A stretch of DNA of 64,000 nucleotides from Octopus sinensis (GCF_006345805.1 NC_043000.1:148614001-148678000); one strand, 5' to 3'. Positions 47,206 through 59,650 are shown, counted from the stretch's first letter. The notes: generated by a model from the letters alone, not told the origin. A program made the numbers and translations.

Positions 47206-47558
47206 TTATCACAATATACGGCTGTAATGAAAGTAATCGACATTGGATAAAACGAGCCTCCGTAATCAGAGTAAAAAAGATCTTACATTTCAGATCTTAA
47301 TGCTGAGAAGTTCAAAGATGGCATGATTAAATGTGGAGAGCGAGCCGTATTAGAGGGAGGAGGAGGTAGCAGGGTCGGTGGGGTTATGGGGAGAGTCAAA
47401 GCGTAATGGTGAGAGGAGATAGGAGAGCTAGTTCAGGAGGAGGGGGTTAATAATGAAGGTATTAAGGGAAGTGGTAGCAGGTGAAGGGTTGGGAGATGAA
47501 TGGAAGATTTAGGATAGATAGTAACTGGAGAATAATCAGTTGTGTTGAGTTTGTCCAC

Positions 47559-47730
47559 AGGCGCAGGAGTGGCTGTGTGGTATGTAGCTTGCTTACCAAC
47601 CACATGGTTCCGGGTTCAGTCCCACTGCGTGGCACCTTGGGCAAATGTCTTCTACTATAGCCTCGGGCCGACCAAAGCCTTGTGAGTGGATTTGGTAGAC
47701 GGAAACTGAAAGAAGCCTGTCGTATATATG

Positions 47731-47761
<31 letters not shown>

Positions 47762-47987
47762 CTATGTTTGTGTATCTGTGTTTGTCCCCACCAACATCGC
47801 TTGACAACCGTTGCTGGTATGTCTACGTCCCCGTAACGTAGCGGTTTGGCAAAAGAGACCGATAGAATAAGTACTGGGCTTACAAAGAATAAGTCCCGGG
47901 GTCGAGTTGCTCGACTAAAGGCGGTGCTCCAGCATGGCCGCAGTCAACTGACTGAAACAAGTAAAAGAGTAAAAGAATAAAAGAGTA
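47559..47987 (+). mobile_element. SINE-B, full length
   Basis: Matches other B copies. Confidence 0.92.
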
Positions 47988-48299
47988 GGTGTCAAAGGAT
48001 CATACCTATAGAGTTATTGGAACTTGAGATAGTGAGAAAAGGAATGGCAATTATTTGAGGGAGGGAAAGTGTCTAATTCAATGGCAGAAGGAGATTACAA
48101 AGGTATGTAGAAAGGTATGAGAAAGATATTATCCACATTATTGCCTCTATATCCGCTCAACTTGATCCCTCTTACAGCCATTCTTTACCCCGTAGAATTG
48201 ATCCCCTGTAAAGACATCGGAGTCTAAGTTTGAATATTTTGAGCATTAAGTGTCTTCTATACTTAGAATCTTTGGATCTCATAGATATATATAACCTCG

Positions 48300-48493
48300 T
48301 GTGTACCGTTGGCGATTTTTTCCTCTGTCTTCCCTTCTCTGGATCTTTCCTTCTCCTATGTTTCCGACGAAGAGCTCCGCTCGAAACGTTAAACCCTCCT
48401 CTTTCCTTCTTTCCTGAGCGTCCAATAATACTATATTTGTTCCACGTCCTCGCGTTGTTGTGTGTTTTTTGTGCTTTCTTGTTTGGATTAACT
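48300..48493 (+). mobile_element. ~195-bp Penelope-type terminal-repeat element with a hammerhead motif (U4C variant at 48360-48394)
   Basis: GTTT CCGACGA A GAGC TCC GCTC GAAA CGTT AAAC; homologous to 53628-53825. Confidence 0.75.
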
Positions 48494-48519
48494 TTATATA
48501 TATATATATATTCTTTTCT

Positions 48520-48680
48520 ACTCTAGGCACAAGGCCCGAAATTTTGGGGGAGGGGGCAGTTTATTAGATCGACCCCGGTACGCAACTGGTATTTAATTTA
48601 TCGACCCCGAATGGATGAAAGGCAAAGTCGACCTCGGCGGAATTTGAAATCAGAACATAAAGACAGACGAAATACCGCTA
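48520..48680 (-). mobile_element. SINE-A1, head missing
   Basis: Aligns to the SINE-A consensus. Confidence 0.8.
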
Positions 48681-48703
48681 ACTATTTCCACACCCGCGTC
48701 ATA

Positions 48704-49093
48704 TCTTCTTTATATATAAAAGAGAGGTTGTGTGCTGTTTGTCTCCTACGATTTAGATTCCTAACTACTCCCACATTTTGCGGTGCAGTTTAACCAAAAC
48801 TGGGTGTCTTATAGTCGTGATTCATATCGAGCCCTTCTGGGTATTAGCGCACGTCTACGATTAAAAAAAAAAATTACCATCAATTTTTCCCATTTTAATG
48901 CATTTTTGACATATATAAGGGAAGTCACTCTCTAAAAATTTATTATTAAATCTCAGAACGTAAAAAGCTACAGTAACACCCCCCCCCCTTTGTGGTTAGC
49001 AATATTGAGATGGCTATTATACTTTACATCTCTAAAAATGCTTATATAGTTATTTCCCTTACAAACCCTAGCAACGCAGGGCGATACTGCTAG
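48704..49093 (+). mobile_element. Non-autonomous Helitron (390 bp)
   Basis: A|TC 5' end (tcttctttatatataaaa), subterminal hairpin ccctagcaacgcaggg (49066-49081), CTAG|T 3' end, no TSD. Confidence 0.85.
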
Positions 49094-51539
49094 TGTGTAT
49101 ATATGTTCTTTTCAATAAACTACGCTCATATAGTTCCTATAATAATTTATATCCTACGAAATTATGTACAGTACATCAAGATATAGCATGACAAACAAAA
49201 ATTTATAAACGTTGATCATGATTGGAAGAAGCGAGATGAAGATCTGTGGGAGAGAGTGGGAGAAGGAATGGAAGAAGGAATGGAAGAAGGAGTGGGAGGG
49301 AGTGAAGACGAACTCGGTGCAGTCAGCATTGAGCATCTGAAATGCATACAAACTATATTTTCGAATGACAGTAAAAATTATCATACATTATAATATTAAA
49401 GAATGTGTGACCGCTATTCACTGCGTATGCACGATGAATATACTACTCTGCTGGAACGAATGGATAATAAAGATTATATAATGTCCAGCTTATATGTTTA
49501 GATATTCACAAATGTGTTATCGAATGGAAAGTAATTTCATTTTAAATAAAAATCAATGGCTTCTATGAATAATTTCTTCCTTCGCAGACCGAACCGTTGA
49601 ATTTCATGAATATAATGATATCCAGTACAAACAGATACGAATTTAATACTTGAGATGTTGGGGGGGTTTTTTATATGACAGAGTGTTATGGCTTCTTCTA
49701 TGCAATATATTGCTTCGCTATAACCAGAATTTACTACACAAAAGTTGCAGTGTTCTGTATTATAATGTTTCTATTGATAAAAAACTAAGTCGACATTTTT
49801 TTTAATACACAACCGACCCTGAAAGATATAAAGCGAACTGTTTCATGTCGTGCATTCAATGAAAAACAGACGCAGAATTCTTTAAATATTGGGCACCGTT
49901 ACCATCATACCTAACGCTTGATATAACTAACCTAAAAATGAAAAGCTTCTAACGATAGAAAATGAAGTGTTTCTGTTTTATCCATTTTTTCGTTTTTGCT
50001 TCATTGGTTCCCTAAATAATCGTCTGGTGTATCTGAAGTTTTTTTGCTCGTAGTTTATTAGTCTAGTTTTTTGTGCTTTGTTTTGATTTTTCTTTTCTTT
50101 TCTTGTTTCTTTTTTTAATGTTATTCTGATAAGTTACTTTGTTACAATGCAAATAGTAGATTCCGAAGAAACTAGTGATCGTCAACGTCGTCAGTAAGTG
50201 ATAAGTTGGTTTGCTGTGGAGAAGAGAAAAAATTTGACGATTCGAGGGGTACTCCTTATCGAAGAGTAACGGTACTGAATTTATTCAATCAATAACATCA
50301 GATAACATCACTCTCCGACGAATGAGTCTGCTCGCATGTTAGAATTTTCGTGGTAAACCGCGAAATACTTGTACTTTTGAAACATTTGTACTTGGAGACA
50401 AGCTGAGTGAAGGCGGCGAATTAGAAAAGACGCTAGTGTATCAGATAGAATGCCTTGCAGTATTCGTCTCGACTTTCCATGCTCTTACTTCAAATCCTGC
50501 CAATGTCAGTACCGAGGTGGGGGAACTCTCTCTTACCACTTTCTCTGTACAACAGTCACAACTAATCCCACATCTTTCGAAATCAGATATCAAGGTAGTA
50601 CCATTTTTTTATGACTACACATTGGGCAATTAGGTTTTAATCTGATCCAAACAGGTCTTTTATCCGTTGAAAAAGAGTCTTTCTAAACAACCACCCCATC
50701 CACCATACCAAAATTTTAGTCTAATGGGTAATTTGTCTTTCCAATATAACAACGTTGGTGCAAGACATTGATCACATAGAGCCGACACATTAAAAACCTG
50801 GATACCTTTAACAACCCCTGACTCCAGAATACTCTTTCAGTCTCCCTGGCAATATAGGACCAACACCATCAGCATTAAATCTACACTATACAATTATCAT
50901 CTGAGATCTCTCTGACCCGTAGGTCATGGGTCTTACTAGAGTCTCTCCTATAGGATTCTCTGCAGTCAAGTAAACCATGGTCAACATCTGGCTGCAGGAC
51001 TAAAGAAAGCTGAACCATTACGTAGCAGGAGTGGAGTACAATTTATATCCTAATCCTTGTGTATAGAAGGTTTTCTGCTGTAAACGAAGGAATTTATAGA
51101 GACGACAGACTATTTGTCTCACGAAATATGAGTGAACAAGAACTATACACATTTAGGGGAAATCTAGTAAAGTTGAAAAGTAAAATAGTCTCATGTACCG
51201 CAATGGATATTAATCTTTCTATAGTAATTTCTTAGACATTATTTTGAATTTAAAAACAAGCGAATTTGGCCTTTATCTTAAAGCTAATGAAAAATTATTC
51301 AATATAGTTCATAACGCTAATCACCCACCTAGCACTTTTCAGATTTAATTCTTAACATTAATAAGAGTATATCATTATAATCTTCAGATGTTGCACACTT
51401 ACCAGTGCTGCACACTATTACAATGCAGCTCACCAGAATAAAGGACTCTCGGAGAAAATATAATTTCTGCATGCACCTAATGTTACAAAAGGTAAAATTG
51501 AAAACAGAAAATTACTTTGTACCAACATGCGTGTGGTGG

Positions 51540-51785
51540 TGTTGGTGACCCCCTTCGGTCAGACACTGACCATGGGTTTGCACCTAGAGAGTTACCCTCT
51601 GAGGCACAAGTCTGGGCAAGGTTGTTTTATGGAAGACCAGCAGTCGCCCATGCATACCGGCCTCCCCTCTCCACGTCACCGATGTTGTCCAAAGGAAAGG
51701 CAAGGGCCGATACAGCTTGGCACCTGTGACGTCGCAACTCATTTCTACAGCTGAGTGAACTGGAGCAACGTGAAATAAAGTGTCT
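51540..51785 (-). mobile_element. SINE-F, 5'-truncated
   Basis: Reverse complement of the 3' two-thirds of 52258-52588. Confidence 0.85.
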
Positions 51786-52257
51786 GTGTGTATACTGTAA
51801 ACATAGCTAAATAATTTCTTGGTTTAATCAGTCTTCGATTTTCAACGAACTAAAAATAAGACAAAATTTTTAATAGAAATTTCATTGCAATGCATATAAA
51901 ATAAAAGTTCCGTATGAAAATTTAATATTAAACAACTTTCCCATACAATTCATTCAAATTCTACACCTAGCTGTAATTGTATCAATCGAATTATATGCAG
52001 CTGGACAATAATTCTGCGTTAAGGTCATATATTGGTTCAACAGAACTGAATTTAGAACTTGCCTTTATCCGCACATAGATTCTTTTATTAACCAAGAAAT
52101 GAGATTCGCCATAGCATTATCGAAGTATATAGGTTTAAGATCACTTGATCAAGGACACAACGCATCGCCGGGAATTGAACTCACGATCCTGAGCCGAATA
52201 TCCCAACTACTAAGCCACACGCCTTCACGTTAATATTATATATTATATGTAATATTA

Positions 52258-52588
52258 TGTGAAGGTGCATGGCTCAGTGGTTAAAGCGTCGAGCTTACGA
52301 TCGTGAGGTTGTGAGCTCAAATCCCTGACCGGGCTACGTGTTGTGTTCTTGAGCAAGACACTTTATTTCACGTTGCTCCAGTTCACTCAGCTGTAGAAAT
52401 GAGTTGCGACGTCACGGGTGCCAAGCTGTATCGGCCCTTGCCTTTCCCTTGGATAACACTGGTGGCGTGGAGAGGGGAGGCTGGTATGCATGGGCGACTG
52501 CTGGTCTTCCATAAACAAACTTGCCCGGACTTGTGGTAATTTTCTAGGTGCAATCCCATAGTCAGTGTCGTAACCGAAGGGGGTCTCA
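52258..52588 (+). mobile_element. SINE-F, full length (tRNA head, CORE-like block, own tail)
   Basis: gcatggctcagtggttaaag...gagctcaaatccc...cttgagcaagacactttatttcacgttgctccag...gtcgtaaccgaagggggtc. Confidence 0.88.
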
Positions 52589-52592
52589 TATA

Positions 52593-52623
<31 letters not shown>

Positions 52624-52664
52624 TGTATGTATGTATGTATGTATGTACGTATGTTATGTATGTC

Positions 52665-53563
52665 ATTGTTCAGTTTTATTTCAAGAATTCTCGCCAATAG
52701 AGAAAGAATCGGGTTCTAAACTAGATCCAAGGTTCCTTCATAGGAATTTCAACATCAACAACAAGGTATTTTTGTTTATACGTATGTATGTATGTATGTA
52801 TGTATGTATGTATGTATGTGTGAAGATTTGTATGTTTTGCTTTACGTATGTATTCTCATGCATATAGTTACATATCTAGACATGCTCATATATATTTAAA
52901 TGATAAACTTCTGGAAAGCTTTATAGATTTTTACAGTTCCAGTGATGGATTCAATCTGTAATCTCCGAGTTAACTTTCTCCTTTCTGGTTTTGAGAAGCC
53001 TAATTTCTCAAGATTGGTATTTAGGCAGTATGCTACATATCCCAGGGTCCCAATAATTACATTTATAAATCTGAACTTGTTATCTGAATAGAGTAACTGC
53101 AGATTTCTCAATAGTTCAGCGTAGGTATTCTCTTTTTCACTGATCTTCAGCTTTATGTTAACATCCACTGGGCAGCCAATTTCCACAACTGTGCACAGTT
53201 TCTGTTCCCTATCCCAAATCATTATATCAGGTCTGTTGTGCTTACAGTTTATTAAGGTCTTCACTGGGACATTGCGCCAGTACTCCCTTTTTATTATGAG
53301 TGGCTATGGCTTCTACCATACTGTGGGTTCTTATTTCTTTTTTCTTTGTCCTCGGGGTTATCTTTCCGACAGATTTCATTATGGAGTGTCCTAGCTCGGT
53401 GATATATTCAGTGTTAACTCCACAAAGTCTGCATCGGTTATCACATTTTACTGCTTTTCCTACATCTCTGTCCTTTTTGTGCCTCGGGTACTTGGATGAT
53501 ACTTCATGTTCCTGAATTGCAAACACATACCCTTCAAAGTGGGAGATAGTAATCCGATATGCA
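52665..53563 (-). mobile_element. RLE-type non-LTR retrotransposon (R2/R4/NeSL group), 3' fragment
   Basis: RCRLCG zinc-knuckle remnant and HNRPDIMIWDREQKLCTVVEIGCPVD (RPD...E) endonuclease; stop at 52896, 3'UTR ending near AATAAA. Confidence 0.85.
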
Positions 53564-53597
53564 TGTATGTATGTATGTATGTATGTATGTATGTATG

Positions 53598-53627
<30 letters not shown>

Positions 53628-53629
<2 letters not shown>

Positions 53630-53825
53630 GTTAATCCAAACATGAAAACACAAAGAGAAAACAACGACGCGAGGACGTGGAACAAGTATAGTGTTATTGG
53701 ACGCTCAGGAAAGGAAAGAAAGAAAGAGGATTTAACGTTTCGAGCGGAGCTCTTCGTCAGAAACATAGAAAAAGGAAAGATCCAAGGAAGGGAAGACGGA
53801 GGGAAAAAAATCGCCAACGATCACA
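53628..53825 (-). mobile_element. ~195-bp Penelope-type terminal-repeat element between (TATG)n tracts
   Basis: Homologous to 48300-48493. Confidence 0.8.
53730..53764 (-). ncRNA. Minimal type I hammerhead ribozyme motif
   Basis: GUUU CUGACGA A GAGC-UCC-GCUC GAAA CGUU AAAU: intact CUGANGA and GAAA cores, 4-bp helix II, palindromic ACGU helix III. Confidence 0.7.
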
Positions 53826-55769
53826 TGTATGTATGTATGTATGTATGTATGTATGTATGTATGTATGTATGTATGTATGTGTGTATGTATAAAGCAAATT
53901 TACTACATAGAATTTTAATTTGTTTATTCATAATTTTACAATGCCCTTGTGTGTTTGGGAAACTTCAAATAAACCATAATAGCGAAAACGAAATATTGTT
54001 ACGGCCAATTTTTGTTGTTATTTCTTCACTTCTAACAGCTTGTTTTACGTAAAAACAAAATATGACTTAATGAAGGCGATAATCTCAAATTGTCTGCTTT
54101 CTGATATTTGGTATTGATAATATTATTATATTTCAGCAAATTTACCTTTCATAACTCGAGATCGATCAAATTAATTATATTATGAGCGTCTGATGTCAAT
54201 CGATTCTGTCTGTCCTTTTACAAAATTCGTTTTATGCTTCTGAAAACGTCGAAATTTTAGTGAAAACAAAATTGAAATTAAAACCTCGCTTATCACTTAA
54301 AGGGTTAATGGATCACTACCCAAAATTTCGTCTCTTTGTGATGTGCCGAGGACGTGTCAGCTTGGTAACAAGGGGAATAATCGGTGTATTTGACTGGCTT
54401 GTATTACAGATAGTTATATTTTTCGACAACGAAGAATAAAAGGATAAATCAACTCTGAGAAAATGATGCAGTTGTTATCTGGTAACTCAATCAACGGAGT
54501 ATTGTTTTGTGGGGTACTGCCCGTGAGCTCGTAAGAGACGAACTGTAGACACACTAGTCCATAGAAAAGGGATTGCCGGTTAGATGCGGCGCATCATAAA
54601 CTCTCTCTCACACGTTGTAGATAATTACCGTAAATCCTCGAGTATAATCCGCATGTTTTCAACGAATGACATCGAAATCATACGTAAACGGCTCCTTTCC
54701 CCAGAAAAGGAAAAATTTGACCGCTATTTCTTGCACGCTCTGCACGTAACAGGTATTTCGAGTTCTTTATCGGAAATAGTTTTAGTATTATTAAGATGCG
54801 CGTGCATGTATGTATGTATGTATGTATGTATGTATGTATGTATGTATGTATGTACGTATGTTTGTAAGTGTGTGTGTGTGTGTGTGCATTAGAGTAGGAT
54901 GGCTAAAATCGATGGAAGTACCTTGTGATAAATCTAGCCGTCTCAGGAGTTTGCTCCATTGCACCCAAACTGATATCACCATTCGTCTGGGTTCGATATA
55001 AGATAGGGACCAGACAAATTATTGGGATTGATATAATGGATGAAAATTCTTGAACATATTGCCCCAGCATGAGCGCAAGTCCAGTGACTGAAACTAGCGG
55101 AAGAAGAAAAGAAAAATTGTTATCTATATGCCACCCTTGTTTCAAAGTATTCTATAATATTTTTCTGTAGGAATTCGTTTACCGTTAGAGATAACTTCTT
55201 ATAGACAATTCCTCTGTGAGAAGATACGGCGGAGAGGGCGGCGAGAAGAGTGAGATAGAAAGATTACAAAAACTCAAGGCAATGGATTTATTAAAGGAAA
55301 GAGAATAACCGGAAGTTTATTTCTAAACTACAGCGCTCTTTGCACATAAAAGTATTGATTTCTTATTAAACACAAGGTCACACATTTCGTTCGGTGCGGG
55401 GAATGTGATTGTGTAATGTTCGTCAAGTTTGCATCAGGGACGTGAAACAGCTATAAAACAAGAAACAAAAAGCGACTGTGTGATTTAACAGCATTATCCA
55501 GAATGATTAATGGAAACAGTTTTAAATCTGGTTTTTGGTTTCTAAGTGACAAAATAATTTTGGTGACTGCTGCAATTGGAGATTACAATTTGCTAAAACT
55601 GATTGGAAGAGGAGAGAGAGTGAAAGAGAGAGAAAGATAGATAGGGGGAGTGAGTGAGTGAGTATGCAACTATGTATATATGTCTTTTCCTTTCTCTTTC
55701 ACTTTCTTGGACTGCAGTTATCTTGGGGTACCATCTTGAAGAGTTTAGTCAAACAAATGGACCTAGCAC

Positions 55770-56055
55770 TTATTTTCAGGTTTAGTACTAATTCAAGTCG
55801 TCATTTTTGCCGAACCGTTAAATTACAGGGACGTAAACAAACAAACATAGGCTGTCAAACGGTGGTGGGGGTATAAACACACACACATATATATATATAG
55901 ATTTACGGTGGGTTTCCACACAGTTTCTTTCGACCAAATTCACTCACAAGGCATTGTGAGAAGTCGGTTGCCCTAGAAGCTGCGCCGTGGGACTGAACCT
56001 GAAACTACATGGTTGCAAAGCGAGTTTCTTAACTACAGAGCCATTCCTGCGCCTA
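55770..56055 (-). mobile_element. SINE-B, old diverged copy
   Basis: Head aggcgcaggaatggctctgtag...gggttcagtccca recognisable. Confidence 0.7.
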
Positions 56056-56096
56056 TGTATTTGTATTTATGTAGTGTCGTATGTGTGTGCATGTGT

Positions 56097-56127
<31 letters not shown>

Positions 56128-56408
56128 TGTGTGTGTGTGTGTGCACGCGCGCGCGCGCGCGTGCATGTATTACTTGCTGGACCTAGAGAAAGAGGCAGTG
56201 TCGTTGATCAGTGAGTTTGATGCCGTTAATCTAAGCTATTGAAACTATTAACTCTGCTGCAGGAAAAACGTGAACAGAAAATTACGGAGCGATGATGTTC
56301 TGCGAAGGAAAGACTGATCATAATAGTTGGTCCGCAACCTAGGAGACTGGATGCAACGAAGGTAATGTATATATATGCATACACACAGAGAGACACACGC
56401 AGACACGC

Positions 56409-56730
56409 ATGATGAAGAAGAAGAAGAAGAAGAAGAAGAAGAAGAAGAAGAGAGGAGGAGGAGGAGGGGGAGGAGGAGGAGGAGGAGGAGGAGGAGGAGG
56501 AGGAGAAGAAGAAGAAGAGAAGAAAAAGAAGAAGAAGAAGGAAGAGGAGGAGGAGGAGGAGAAGAAGAAGAAGAAGAAGAAGAAGACTAAGAAGAAGAAG
56601 AAGGAAGAAGAAGAAGAAGAAGAAGAAGAAGAAGAAGAAGAAGAAGAAGACTAAGAAGAAAAAGAAGAAGAAAAAGAAGAAGAAGAAGAAGAAGAAGAAG
56701 AAGAAGAAGAAGAAGAAGAAGAAGAAGAAT
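56409..56730. repeat. (GAA)n/(GGA)n polypurine tract
   Basis: Directly visible. Confidence 0.97.
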
Positions 56731-57697
56731 AGGTCGGACTGTAGGGGGCATAGAATCGCCAAACGGAGACTGAATGGAAGACCTGGATGATGATGGGTAC
56801 AAGTATCTTGGGATCCTGGCACTGGACAATATCTTGCATATAGAAATGAAAGACAAGGTCATCACTGCATATTGGAAGCGCCTCAAACTTCTGAAGTCAA
56901 AACTCAACTCAAGGAACCTTGTAACTGCCATCAACATATGAGCTGTCCATCTTAAATTGGATACGAGCGGAGATCAACCAACTTGATCGCACTACATGAA
57001 AGACAATGACAATGCGAACGTACACGGGCTCTATATGAAGAGGTGTATAGATGGACGTGGGCTGATTAGCGTACAGGAGTGCATCAACAGTGAAAGAAGA
57101 AACATGGCAGAATATTTTGGTAAATATCAAACAAGACCTGCTACAGAATGCTGCTAATGCAGAAGGATTTACCAACAATGGAGTTGAGAGTGCTAATGAA
57201 TTCCAATCACGAATAGCCAACGAGAGAGAAGAAACTCTTCTCCGCGTGGAATTACATGGTCAGTTCCACCATGAAACTAACAAATTAAAAGACCAGGAAG
57301 CATCATGGAGGTGGCTCAGCGAGGGTGACCTACGAAAGAAAAAAGAAGACTGAAAGACTAATCCTCGCTGCCCAAGATCAGGCATTGAACACCAACTCAG
57401 TGAAAAGGAGTATATACCACACAAGGGCAACAAACCTCTGTAGAATGTGTAGGAAGAAGGTCTCTTTTACGTGTTTCAGTCATTTGACTGTGGCCATGCT
57501 GGAGTACCGCCTTTAGTCGAGCAAATCGACACCAGGACATATTCTTTGTAAGCCTAGTACTTATTCTATCGGTCTCTTTTGCCGAACCGCTAAGTTACGG
57601 GGACATAAACACACCAGCATCGGTTGTCAAGCTTATACACACACACACATTCACATACACGCACACACGCACGCACGCACGCACACACACACACACA

Positions 57698-57742
<45 letters not shown>

Positions 57743-58110
57743 CAAACATATATACGACGGGCTTCTTTCAGTTTCCGTCTACCAAATCCACTGACAAAGC
57801 TTTAGTCGGCCCGAGGCTATAGTAGAAGACACTTGCCCAAGATATCACGCAGTGGGACTGAGCCCGGATCCATGTGGCTCGTAAGCAAGCTACTTACCAC
57901 ACAGCCACTCCTACGCCTATCGAAAGCGGGACTCACATTGTTAGTGCTTGTGAAAGTCTTGCGTAGAAAGAGTACAAGCGCAGACACGACATGGTAACCC
58001 AAAACCTTCACTGGCTACTATGCCGGAAGTATGGATACGAGGTAACGAGTGCTTGGTACCAACATACACCAGAAAAGGTAATGGACAAAAAGGGGAAAAA
58101 GCATTACGGT
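56730..58110 (+). mobile_element. RLE-type non-LTR retrotransposon (R4/Dong-like), decayed, interrupted by SINE-B
   Basis: DDDGYKYLGI, LHGQFH, ERLILAAQDQALNTN, CRMCRKK|VESGTHIVSACESLA*KEYKRRHDMV..LHWLLCRKYG..WYQHTPEKV (CCHC finger region of R4/Dong ORF). Confidence 0.85.
57471..57919 (-). mobile_element. SINE-B inserted in the R4/Dong-like element
   Basis: Matches other B copies; splits CRMCRKK from ESGTHIV. Confidence 0.85.
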
Positions 58111-58335
58111 GAAATAGACAGTATATAGATTGCTAGAAATAGGAACCAATTCACCACCAACTCGGCCCGCCTATTCCGTTTTCGGAAAATAAGTGCACAT
58201 TTATCTACGGAATGGTCAAATTAATTCAAATGATACGAAAAAACCTGAAATATTATCAATTTAGTTTAGTGTTTTCAGCGGTCAACGTAAAAACAAACGA
58301 ACTTTTCTTTTCATAAGGATACACACACACACACA

Positions 58336-58367
<32 letters not shown>

Positions 58368-58970
58368 TATATATATACAAACATATATACGACGGGCTTC
58401 TTTCAGTTTCCGTCTACCAAATCCACTGACAAAGCTTTAGTCGGCCCGAGGCTATAGTAGAAGACACTTGCCCAAGATATCACGCAGTGGGACTGAGCCC
58501 GGATCCATGTGGCTCGTAAGCAAGCTACTTACCACACAGCCACTCCTACGCCTATCGAAAGCGGGACTCACATTGTTAGTGCTTGTGAAAGTCTTGCGTA
58601 GAAAGAGTACAAGCGCAGACACGACATGGTAACCCAAAACCTTCACTGGCTACTATGCCGGAAGTATGGATACGAGGTAACGAGTGCTTGGTACCAACAT
58701 ACACCAGAAAAGGTAATGGACAAAAAGGGGAAAAAGCATTACGGTGAAATAGACAGTATATAGATTGCTAGAAATAGGAACCAATTCACCACCAACTCGG
58801 CCCGCCTATTCCGTTTTCGGAAAATAAGTGCACATTTATCTACGGAATGGTCAAATTAATTCAAATGATACGAAAAAACCTGAAATATTATCAATTTAGT
58901 TTAGTGTTTTCAGCGGTCAACGTAAAAACAAACGAACTTTTCTTTTCATAAGGATACACACACACACACA

Positions 58971-59002
<32 letters not shown>

Positions 59003-59590
59003 TATATATATACAAACATATATACGACGGGCTTCTTTCAGTTTCCGTCTACCAAATCCACTGACAAAGCTTTAGTCGGCCCGAGGCTATAGTAGAAGAC
59101 ACTTGCCCAAGATATCACGCAGTGGGACTGAGCCCGGATCCATGTGGCTCGTAAGCAAGCTACTTACCACACAGCCACTCCTACGCCTATCGAAAGCGGG
59201 ACTCACATTGTTAGTGCTTGTGAAAGTCTTGCGTAGAAAGAGTACAAGCGCAGACACGACATGGTAACCCAAAACCTTCACTGGCTACTATGCCGGAAGT
59301 ATGGATACGAGGTAACGAGTGCTTGGTACAACATACACCAGAAAAGGTAATGGACAAAAAGGGGAAAAAGCATTACGGTGAAATAGACAGTATATAGATT
59401 GCTAGAAATAGGAACCAATCACCACCAACTCGGCCCGCCTATTCCGTTTTCGGAAAATAAGTGCACATTTATCTACGGAATGGTCAAATTAATTCAAATG
59501 ATACGAAAAAACCTGAAATATTATCAATTTAGTTTAGTGTTTTCAGCGGTCAACGTAAAAACAAACGAACTTTTCTTTTCATAAGGATAC
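57686..59590. repeat. Tandem triplication, 3 x 635 bp
   Basis: Identical ORFs at 57817/58452/59087; unit borders lie in (CA)n. Confidence 0.95.
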
Positions 59591-59599
59591 ACACACACA

Positions 59600-59650
<51 letters not shown>

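Larger units (their letters stand above)
46640..48250 (-). mobile_element. Probable decayed Penelope-like element interrupted by SINE-C and SINE-B
   Basis: The minus-strand 3' end carries a TGATGA...GAAACAGCTGT hammerhead-like relic followed by a pyrimidine-rich terminus; no protein motif could be read confidently. Confidence 0.4.

Noticed and set aside
49216-49336. Minus-strand Ser/Pro-rich candidate terminal exon after a good acceptor
   Set aside because: The pyrimidine-rich low-complexity sequence is open in two frames, and no upstream exon was found
1488-52588. tRNA-like heads as genuine tRNA genes
   Set aside because: A/B boxes are present but cloverleaves are incomplete, and each continues into a multicopy SINE body
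53960-54308. piggyBac-type MITE ending AAAGGG|TTAA
   Set aside because: Only one terminus is visible; no matching TTAA|CCCTTT left end
54626-54653. pogo/Tigger-like TIR taccgtaaatcctcgagtataatccgca
   Set aside because: Single end only; no inverted partner or transposase in the window
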